A program made the position numbers and the translations under genes. From Squalus acanthias (lineage: Eukaryota): a DNA stretch of 64,000 nucleotides. The stretch covers positions 52,080,001-52,144,000 of the forward strand of contig CM059440.1 in NCBI GenBank assembly GCA_030390025.1. The letters run 5' to 3'. Below the pieces are notes generated by a model, which saw nothing but the letters and a program-made list of their open reading frames with translations, made no database searches and was not told the DNA's origin. Shown piece by piece: positions 51,301 through 59,769 of the stretch (position 1 is the first letter of the stretch; every line of letters begins with the position of its first letter).

Positions 51301-54300
51301 TAGAAGGGGTGACTAAAAGCTTGGTCAAAGAGGTTGATTTTAAGGAAGGTTTTAAAATTGGGAGGAGGGAAGAGAGAGAGAGGTTTAGGGAGGGAATTCT
51401 GGAGCGCAAACTATAGATGGCTGCCAGTGGCAGAGCGATGGCAGTAGGGAATTCACAAGATGCCAGAGTTGGAGCAATGCAGAGGTCTCAGAGGGTTGTA
51501 GGGCTAGAGAAGGGTACAGAGAGATAAGGAGGGACGAGGCCATGAAGGGACTTAACCACAAGGATAAGAATTTTAAATTTGAGGTGTTGGTAACCAGGTG
51601 CTAATGTAGGCCAGCGAGCACAGGGGGAGGGTTAGCAGATTGTAGTGCAGGATAGGAGAAGGGCAGCAGAGATTTGGATGAGCTGAAGTTTACATAGCGT
51701 GGAGGGTACAATACAGCATAGAGAGAGAACTTCTTATATCCTCTCCAAGGAGCGAGGGAGACATTAAGGAGAGTCTTCCCAAATATGGGAGCAGAATCCA
51801 AGTCACAAAAGGACTCGAGCTATAGAGAGTTAAAGGTATTTGGTGAGAAGTGTTTGGCACAAACGAGGAAACAGCTTTTGAGCAGCCGAGCAATGCAGCA
51901 GCTCCATTTGTGGTCTTGGGAGATAGTGAGGCCAAGAACATTGATAAGTCAAGAGAAGTGTAGGCCCATGAAAGTTAAAAAGGTGCAGCGGTTTATACTT
52001 GTGGAACCAGAGACTGGAACAGAAGTTTCTGAAGAACTGAAAGAAGATTTCCTTTACTTCAAATGGCATGGAGATCAAGATGTCGTGATTCAGCATTGTA
52101 TCGCAAGACAACTGGAGGTTATGAGTACTGAGTGTAGGACACAACTTACCTACAGAAAGACCAAATGTTCGAGAAACTGATTGGTGTAGAACATCATTTC
52201 TTAATCTGAATGTGTAGTTCGAACTCCTATTGGTGTCACTGATTTGCAGAATACTCTGCAGGGAGTATAGACCATCTCCACTTTGTTGGTACGTAGTCTC
52301 AGACAGTGTCGAAATATCCTCATTTTCTTCATTGTACCAGGAAACAGTAGCCTCAGGGTAACCTTGGGACTCGAATCTGAACAATGTCCCGGATGGTGTT
52401 AACTGGATAAAAAAGTCAGGTTCTTTGTAGTATGCTGTAGATTTTACAAAAGGGCCATTAGAAACAAGAAATAAACTTGATAAAAAATAATGCCAACTAG
52501 GAATTTTGTTCCAGTTAATAACTAATTGAAAATTGCAATAAAAGCTTTAAATGCTCAAGAACAACAAATCCAAGTACAAACAGAATAGTAGATATTGCTG
52601 TTTGTGATCAATTTGGAGATATTCAAATCATTGTACCAAGTGATCAAGTTGAAGGTGAAAATCCCACAATATCCTGCTGGCAGCTGTTCAGCCAAAATCA
52701 TACGTAACCCTTGATGGTAAATATCAGTGGGCTTTTCACCTGTGAGGCCATCACAGTTCAGCCCGATCCTGGAGCCGTCCACAGGCAGGGCTTGCTGAAT
52801 AGCAAATGGGAGTGCCAACCCTAACCGAGGTGTGTCGATTGCACCAATAGCACTGCTCCAGCGGAGAGGAGCTACACCAGCACAGTCTGGGCATCAAACC
52901 TGGTCTGTACGGCTCAGGCACTCAATGGTGAGACTCACTGAGCCATCAGGGGAGGCCAAGAAGCATGACTTTAATTTGCAGCACTGACAGAACAAAAATG
53001 AAAACTGAAAGAAGCATGTACCTGCAAATATTAGAGACACAATGCCCTGGCCAATTCCTTTTCCGTTACTGACAAAGCACACATACTGTCCAGCATCCTC
53101 TGGTCTCACTCTGTCTAGCTTCACTGAAACGTTCCCTTGTTTTAATTCCTCTGGGAATAAGCTTGTCCTCCCCGAATACCGAGGGCTTTGGCGACTGAGT
53201 TGCTCTTTTCCAGAATAATAACTATAAACAACTTCCTCCGTCTCGACACGTTGCCAATTGATGACCAGCAGATCCAATGACGATTCACCCTGAGCTTTAA
53301 AGCTGCAACTCAGCACCGTGTACTGACCGTAGACAGTAGTCACTGGTGCTTCTGGGGTGTGAACAGTAAACTGAGCTGTGAATTAAAACAAATAGATTAG
53401 TAACAGTATTGTTCCAAGAGATTTAATCTTGAACACAGGAAAGCACTAAAAAGCAATTATCCCCGCTTCTGCATTTTCTCTCTTCCCTGAAGAGTTGATG
53501 GGCCAGAAATTCATCTCTTGTCGGGTGAGTACGCGCTGTGTACTCACCCGTAAGGCCACCTGAAGTGCCGGTTTCCTGCATGCACTGCGCATGCGCGGGA
53601 AACCGGAACTTCTGTTCCCCTGAAGGAAGGGGTTCAGAAGTCGAACGCGTGCGCGGTAGAGGCTGCGGACACGCAGCGAACTTCGCTTTTTTTTTCAGGT
53701 TTCTCCGTGAGGGTAAGCATGGAGAAGCTGCACTTTTAAAAAGGAGGCGCAAGGCCTGTTTTTAAAAAGGTAAGTGGTTAATTAATTACAATTTAAACAT
53801 TTTTTCAACAGGTTTATCTTTTTTACATACTTTAAAGAAAGGTAAGTTTATTTTTAGCACGTTAAAAAGTATAATTAATTTTTTCAAAAATTTAAATTTT
53901 TGTTTGAAGTAGTTAATTTATGTAACCTATAGTTATTTTAAAAATGCAATGTTTTTTTAAAAATTTATTTGAAGTTTAAGTGGTTTTGGGGCCGATCTCT
54001 ATTCATAGATTTGACAGGTCTTCCTGTCAAATCTATGAATGAAAATGCCCTGCTCTGATTGGCTCTCCATGGCCCACGTGATCCCAGGGGACGCTTCGAA
54101 CTAACTGCGCCCCTGGGATACGCAAGCACTGCACGCTGGCAGCTGCAGGAGGCCCAGGAGCCGAAGTCCTCGTGGGCCCGAAGCACAACGGCAGGCGCGG
54201 TAGGCAAGTACGCGCGCGATGCTTGCACCCTCAGGAAGCCGGAGAGCCGAATTTCTGGCTCGATATTTCCTGCGTTGATATTTCCTGTGATCTATTGAAA

Positions 54301-54371
54301 TAGAAGAAGTTTGGTTCCCTCACCTCACCAAATGGACATAAAAAAAGTAACTGCAGCATCTGCAGCAACAT
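45344..54371 (-). CDS. B7-family type I membrane protein (CD276/VTCN1/HHLA2-like). Exons: leader 54371-54329 (tentative), IgV 53375-53022, IgC 52434-52150, TM and tail 45501-45344
   Basis: All junctions are phase-1 GT-AG. IgV reads VLSCSF..LVINWQ..YSGRTSLFPEELKQGNVSVKL..EDAGQYVCFV; IgC reads AYYKEP..QGYPEATVSW..GDGLYSLQSIL; TM reads LWMLAVTVLAIEFIILILVIAVC then KKCVSLANGEKQNEHGIT*; leader MLLQMLQLLFLCPF; AATAAA at 45047-45052. Confidence 0.85.
45623..46018 (+). mobile_element. Penelope-like short element with hammerhead motif
   Basis: 13-bp TSD gcatttaagaatg (45610-45622 and 46019-46031); ctgaagaaggagcggagctccgaaagctc at 45941-45969. Confidence 0.7.
46036..50545 (-). mobile_element. Full-length Ty3/Gypsy LTR retrotransposon in the intron of the B7-family gene
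   Basis: 215-bp LTRs (46036-46250 and 50331-50545; TG..CA; about 3 differences by eye); 5-bp TSD GTAAT; PPT agggaggaagaa at 46251-46262. Confidence 0.96.
46289..50230 (-). CDS. Gypsy gag-pol polyprotein (1313 aa)
   Basis: Zinc knuckles CFFCGGACHHRKFC and CNHCSKKGHFSKVC; protease LIDSCSS; RT FDLKSAYHQ..LPFGV..YLDN; RNase H VECDAS..EKEA..TDQR; integrase HHCC and SIDFKG..TDRG..ERYN. Confidence 0.95.
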   Translation of the reverse strand: MEKLLRPARLDLDPNAPAAAKVWKHWFRTFSNFLEECGADVPNKLRMLINYVSPHVYDYIEDCIDYDTAIEILQQLYVKSPNEIFARHLLATTRQQPGESLDEFLQKLRRLSKDCNLKAVSAEQYQEELIRDSFINGIASPFIRQRLLENKTLNLRAAYDQACSLDLAKKNADTYLPPRARAAAISFNESFGRSRADAPTDVDSTLTDDDPTLEALADDDPALAASWQSGRKCFFCGGACHHRKFCPARNVTCNHCSKKGHFSKVCQSRAFANKKGRSSKVYRSRAPVSFTAAIYGAAPPPRTTVKATVAEGKIAPPPITAVFPQSLSHAATKVSVNGHTLSALIDSCSSDSFISKRAVNRLKLHIYPSDREIAMALTTLTTNSSGFCLVNLILNGRTYLSTRLGVLANLCSDVLLGQDFQKQHKKITFEFGGSRPELTISKVPFCALSAALLGEPSLFANLPPRCKPIATKSRRFSQDDRAFIEAEISRLLVDGIIEPCSSPWRTQVVIVRNPLKQHKKRLCIDYSQTINLYTDLDAYPLPRIDDMVNNLAKYKVFSTFDLKSAYHQVPLQDSDKKYTAFEANGRLFQFRRLPFGVTNGVAVFQRAMDGLVRQENLTDTFPYLDNITIAGHDQKEHDANLQRFFDVLRRRHLTLNESKSVKSVPSVNILGYWVGNGVIKPDPERLRPLQELPPPTNLGSLRRALGMFAYYAKWIPHFSDKIQPLLHAKFFPLEATAISAFNLLKRQLEKATLRSIDENLPFVVECDASEVAISATLNQGGRPVAFLSRTLQGSELHYPPVEKEATAIIEAVRQWGHFLARRHFTLITDQRSVAFMLDNRRRTKIKNNKIQLWRMELAAFGYTICYRPGKQNVAPDTFTRAFCSSMSTSTLADLHMDLCHPGVTRMLHFVRSKNLPFSTEDVKKTCSSCRICAELKPQFFRPSDCLLIHAMQPMQRLSIDFKGPLPSSTRNTYLLTMVDEYSRSPFAFPCPNMLTSTVIKCLDQVFSLCGTANFIHTDRGPSFMSSELKSYLSQRGIASSRTTPYHPIGNGQVERYNAIIWNAVRLALRSRNLPDQQWETVLPDALHSVRSLLSTSTNVTPHERFFKFRRRSTHGTSLPSWLVAPGPVLLRRFVRSAKNDPLVDEVELTEVNPTYAHVRYPDGRETTVSLRDLAPCPTSHTGPNDEGSPDNDINTPHPYENDAPPGTSGDLPATLPDQLGELDAPRRMATRNQDAGQSPATTRDEASSAPVGTRTRSHDIPSPPQDDHDDTDSTDLPVQAKRPRDQDTVRGDVPSSHKQRAKRLRLFLVRLVR
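50690..51265 (-). mobile_element. Deu-domain SINE interrupted by a Penelope-like fragment (50918-51085)
   Basis: SINE homology on both sides; insert flanked by TSD taatagt (50911-50917 and 51086-51092). Confidence 0.8.
51285..51705 (-). mobile_element. Degenerate L2-like LINE 3' fragment
   Basis: Similar to 22712-23165 (aaaagcttggtcaaag..gggaattc..gagggacgaggccat). Confidence 0.7.
53500..54261. mobile_element. Harbinger-type MITE in the leader/IgV intron
   Basis: TIRs gggccagaaattc / gaatttctggctc; 3-bp TSD GAT (53497-53499 and 54262-54264). Confidence 0.8.
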
Positions 54372-54462
54372 GATCAGTAAACACCACAAAATAGATGGGG
54401 CTATTTCTTTGAAATATTCTTTTCAGCTCCATGAACAATGTTTACTTGGGAAGTATCCATCT

Positions 54463-54913
54463 TAGAATCATAGAAAATTACAGCACGGAAGGAGGCCATT
54501 TCGGCCCATCGTGTCCGCGCCGGCCAACAAAGAGCTATCCAGCCGAATCCCACTTCCCAGCCCTGCAGGTTAGAGCATCCCAAGTGCACATCCAAGTACT
54601 TTTTAAATGTGATGAGGGTTCCTGCCTCTACCACCCTTTCAGGCAGTGAGTTCCAGACCCCCACAACCCTCTGGGTGAAGAAATTTCCCCTCTAAACCTT
54701 CCACCAATTACTTTAAATCTGTGCCCCCTGGTTTTTGACCCCTCTGCTAAGGGAAATAGGTCCTTTCTATCCACTTTATCTGTGCCCCTCATAATTTTAT
54801 ACACCTCAATAAGGTCTCCCTTCAGCCTCCTCTGTTCCAAGGAAAACAGACCCAGACTATCGAGTCTTTCCTCATGGCGAAGATTCTCTACTCCCGGCAA
54901 CATCCTTGTAAAT
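54463..54913 (-). mobile_element. CR1 3' fragment
   Basis: Translates as EERLDSLGLFSLEQRRLKGDLIEVYKIM; tail ctatgattcta. Confidence 0.9.
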
Positions 54914-54916
54914 CTG

Positions 54917-55065
54917 ATAGCAAAATACTGCGGATGCTGGAAATCCGAAATAACAACAGAAAACGCTGGAAAAACTCAGCAGGCCAGGCAGCATCCGTGG
55001 AGAAAGAAACAGAGTTAACGTTTCAGGTCGAAGACCTTCCGTCAGAACTGGAAAAAAGCAGGAAA
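54917..55065 (-). mobile_element. Penelope-like terminal fragment with hammerhead-like motif
   Basis: Reverse-complement match to 33100-33237. Confidence 0.75.
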
Positions 55066-55068
55066 TGA

Positions 55069-58000
55069 AATAGAAGGGTAGTTATTTGTTGGACACGGGA
55101 GCTTCATGCACCGTGATTCATACGGATAGCCCTTTTGACTCACCGCTATCTACCAAGGTCCCATATACATTAGCGGGGTTTACGGGAAAAGAGCAGGCTG
55201 GCGCGTTCTCCATTCCGCTATCCATTCATTTAGGAGCACTCCACACCACGTGGAAGTGCATACTGATGAAATGGCAAGAGGGGGGTGGGAGAGGCATCCT
55301 CGGATCAGACCTCCTATCGGGGCACGGGATCCTCGTGGACCTCAGGAATCACTGTCTCTGGGGAGCTAAGGGTGGAAAAGGCGAGGTAGTGGTAATCCCG
55401 GGGAAGGAAGGTAAAGGGGCCCTGTGTACCATGAAGCCATCCGGAGGCTACGACCTCGGGCTTATGGTCGCGGATGTCCCAACGGACATGCAAACGTACG
55501 TGTCAGATAATATGCACGCGTTTGCAACCCACAAGCACGATTGTGGGAGGGTTACCGGGTTTGAGGTCAGCGTAGATGGGGACCCCATGACCCAGCCCCA
55601 AAAGCAGTATAACTTCCCCAAAGAAGCAGAACCCGATATGGAGACAGCAATGTCCTCCTTGGTGCAGCAGGGCGTGTTGAGGCCGATAGCCACACACGTG
55701 AACTCCCCATTATGGCCGGTTAGGAAGCCGGATAATTCGTGGAGGGCCACGGTGGACTACAGAGTCCTTAACAGTAACATTCCCGCCTGCGCGCCCACGG
55801 TAGCAGCAGTTGCTGACCTAATAGGGAGTATCCCAGCGTCCGCGACCACGTTCACGGTGCTGGATATCTCGAACAGTTTTTGGTCCATCCCGCTGCGGCG
55901 AGAGGACCAGTACAAGTTTGCCTTTACTTTCAAAGGACAACAGTACACATGGAACTGTCTGCCACAGGGTTTCCACAACAGCCCTAGTATTTTCCATCAG
56001 TGTATGGCAGGAAGTTTAAAGGAGTTTAGTCAGCCCAATCAGATAGTGCAGTACGTGGATGATTTGCTCCTATTTACGGACTCAAGGGAGGAGCATGGAC
56101 CACTGCTGGCCGAGTTATTGGAGCTGCTAGCGAGAAAGGGTTTTAAAGTGAACCCTAAGAAAGCACGTATCGGTCAGCAGGAAGTAAAATTCCTGGGGCT
56201 GACCATTCTCGCTGGGGAAAGAGCCATAGATAAGGCTAGGAGGGAGTCGGTGCAAGAGTTACCGATTCCCAACACCATAAGGGGTGTGAGGTCCTTTTTG
56301 GGACTGACCGGTTACTGCAGGGATTTTATCGAAGACTATGCGGCCACAGCGGCGCCGCTGCTCCGACTCCTCCATAAGGGAGTGGAGTGGTCTTGGGACG
56401 AGGGATGCCAGACAGCCTTCGAGAAGTTAAAAAGGGATTTGCAGACCGCGCCAGCTTTAGGGGCCATAGATGGGGGGAAGGAGTTTTTCCTGGAGGTAGC
56501 TGCCAGCGGAGACAGCTTGAGCGCTGTGCTGCTCCAAGAGCGCCACGGCAAGCTGAGGCCGGTTGTCTATTCGTCCAGGGTGTTAACGGATGTGGAGAGA
56601 AGTTTCTCCAATTGCGAAAGGCACCTTTTAGCCACGCATTGAGCTGTGAAAAGATCAGCGATCTTCACAGGGCTCTCTCCCATCACTCTCCTCACCCATC
56701 ACACACCAACTAAGATGCTTCTAGATGGGAGGATTAAAGATGGGACCGTAAGCAGCGTGCGGATTGCGCGCTGGACCCTTCTCCTTTCCCAGATGGATCT
56801 TAGAATTAAAGGTCTTTGCGAGCCCAGGCTTGCGGCCAATTTGGTATACCCCGGTACAGCCCACCAGTGTTCGGTGGAAGGGGTGTGGGAAGTCAACATT
56901 GGTTTGCGGGCCGGGATACATCCCACCGGGCGCGAAATTTATGTTGATGGTTCCAGCACAGTGTCCGCTGGCGAACGACTCACAGGGTGCGGAGTTTATG
57001 ACCCTGCGGCAAACCTTGCCCTGGCGATTAAGCTCCCCAGCACCATGAGCGCGCAGCAGGCTGAGCTGTCTGCGGTGGTGTACGTCGTTACCCACCCAGA
57101 AACTTTCCCAACCCCATACACGATTTGCTCGGACAGTATGTTCACATGCAATTCGTGTACGGAATACCTGGCCATTTGGTCCCGCCGTGGATACACCTCC
57201 GCGGACGGACGACCTTTAACGGTGAAGCCCTTGCTGGAAAAGATCCTAGCAGCAGTAAGGGAGGAAGGGGAGATTTTCATCCATAAGGTGAAGGCTCACT
57301 CCACCACAGAGCCCCGTGGGGAAGGCAACCAGCAGGCGGATGCGCTAGCCAGGGAGGGTGCCCGTAACGGCACTTTCTGGGACCCCTATGGGCCCAGACC
57401 CGTGGCAGCGATCCAAGGCAGGGACGGGAATTCCGGGAACACCAGGGTAGCATTGCCCCTAGACCTTAAGACCGTCCAGAACCAGGATCCCGCCCTAAAA
57501 GCAGTTCTCAGAACCCTTGCTGAGGGGAAGCAGGTAGAGGGTCCGTACAGTACGGCAACCCTCTCCGTTAAGGAAGGCATGCTGTTCCGCGAGGAGCAGT
57601 GGGTTGTGCCGCAGCAGCACAGGAGAGAATTCCTCCAGTTGGCTCATGAGGGACCGGGGGCAGGGCACCCCGGGCCCGAGGTTACCTGGCAACGGGTAGA
57701 GCAAGCGGGATGGTGGCCGGGGCTCAGGGAGCAGGTCCGCGAGTTCTGTGCAAGCTGTCTCGTGTGCGCTGCAAACAACCCAGACCCCCAGAAAAGGAAA
57801 GTGCCCATGGGGCACATCAGGAGGGTAGAGGGACCATGGCAGTCGATACAGATCGACTATATAGGGCCCCTGCCCACCACCCAGGGAGGCTATAAATACT
57901 GCCTCGTCTTGGTGGATGTGTTTTCCAAATGGGTGGAAGCCTTCCCCTGTAGAACAGCTACGGCACTGGGTACTGCAAAAATCTTGGAAGTGTTCTCGCG

Positions 58001-59518
58001 GTGGGGACTCCCCCGTTTTGTGGAGTCAGACCAGGGAGTCATTTCACCGGCCAGGTGATGCAGAACACCCTCATGCTTTTGGGCATTGAAGGGAAATGGC
58101 ACGTAGCGCACAATCCCCAGTCATCCGGGATTGTTGAACGCATGAACCGGACCCTGAAGGAGAAATTGAGGAAAGAGACTATGAACTCGCCCCAAAAATG
58201 GGCGGAGGTTCTGCCTTTAGTCCTCATGGGGGTCCGGGCCAGTCAGTCGAAAAGTACGGGGTATTCCCCGCACGAGGTGATGACTGGGAGGATCATGCGA
58301 ACCCCCACCCATGTGCTAGCGCCGGTGCTCACTGAGGGTCAGCTCCAAGAGGTAAGCAGGGACAAGTTCGTCCAGACCCTCTTGGAGTGCCTGAAGCAGG
58401 TTTATGAGCAGGCGGCTGGGAACATGGGAAGGCAGCATCAGGGCAATCGCCTGTTGCTGGAACCCCGCAAGAAGCGGGAGTGGGAAGTAGGAGACCAGGT
58501 CATGGTCAGAAACTACGCCAGAGTAGGGAGTCTGGAACCACTGTATATGGGACCCTACAGCATTGTAGATAAGGCGAGTCCCATGGTATACGCCGTAAAG
58601 GTACCTCGGCGCACTAAGTGGTTCCACGTAAATCAGTGCAAACTGTATAAGCTGGGCGCACAAGGGCCTACCACAGGGGCCAAACCTGTGAGTGGGGACT
58701 CACAGCCCCAGGTAGGGCCACAGGGCACACAGGCAGGCAAAGCAGCTTGCGTTAGGGGAGAGGACATCCTAGAAAAATGTAGGATCCTTTATTTGGGTTG
58801 GGAGTCAGATGAGGAAGAGCTCGAGGAGCTCAACGAAGATAGTGACACTAGCGAAGAGGAGCTGGAATCGGAGGACGAAAGGGTCGCCCCCGATTCAGGT
58901 ATAGGGGAGACAGGGGCTGCAGATAGAGATCCACAAAGGGTGGAGGCCGAAGCTGCAGGTCCCGAACGCAGGGGGGCGGAGCTAGGGGAGGCGGAGCCAG
59001 CCGCTGTGGTGGGACCACAGGGCGTGGCGATGGAAGCCTCAGAGCCCGAGCCGCCCGCCTTGAACGTCTTGCCCTCGAGGGAGGTAGGAACTGCGAGTGA
59101 AGGGCCGCCTACTGGGCCAAGTAGGGCGGTGCCACAAGCTGCAGATCCCGAGTTCAGGGAGGCGGAGTCAGGGGAGGCGGAGCCAGCGACTGTGGTGGGA
59201 CCACGGGTTGCCACGCTGGAAGTCTCGAAACCCGGTCCGTCAGTCCTGGAGTTCCTGCCCACGGGAGTTCTCCGTAGGTCAAGTCGGAAACCCCAGCCCA
59301 GAAAGATTTGGGTAAGTCCCCCATATGTCCCCAGACGTAAGTTCAAGGTCAAGGCAGCTCAGGGAGATCCCAGTCCCAGCGCAGCAGCGATAGGCTGCGG
59401 CAGATCAAAGGGGGGGGGGTCAATGCCCTCCCACCGTTGGGAGAAGCCTGCGGCAGCAACCGCAGAATTTGAGTGGGCCGCCCTGGGAACGGGCGGCACT
59501 GTACAGTTATTAAGATGA
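55069..59518 (+). pseudogene. pol of lokiretrovirus-like element 2 (PR-RT-tether-RNase H-IN), with one stop and one frameshift
   Basis: LLDTGAS; LDISNSFW..LPQGFHNSP..QYVDD; tether FFLEVAAS..LRPVVYSS; second RNase H IYVDGSS..AQQAEL..SDS..KVKAH..GNQQADALA; integrase HHCC, IQIDYIG, SDQG, ERMN. TGA at 56640-56642 (probable Trp); frameshift at about 58036. Confidence 0.92.
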
Positions 59519-59769
59519 GTGATATGTTTAGGATGAGTTTATAAGTTTGAGTTTATAGTTTTTAAATCAGGTTAAGTCGGTAGTTTAATTTTGTTAACAG
59601 GAAAAGCTAAAATGATGGGAGTTTTAGGATAGGAATAGTTAAAGTCTATCCAGCGCACATGTCTTCTTACGTGAGGCGAGGTCAGGGGACCCGCTCACCC
59701 TTCACAAAAGCCAGAGACTCTTGGGAGGCTGGCTACCTCATTCTATCTGATCACAGGAACCAAGGAAGG

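Noticed and set aside
51830-52384. 184-aa standalone ORF
   Set aside because: It is the IgC exon read through the donor at 52148-52149 into the intron; the same applies to 52894-53343 for IgV.
59659-59769. First 37 codons of the 820-aa env ORF
   Set aside because: An acceptor-like site at 59755-59756 and a signal peptide at 59770 point to the later ATG.
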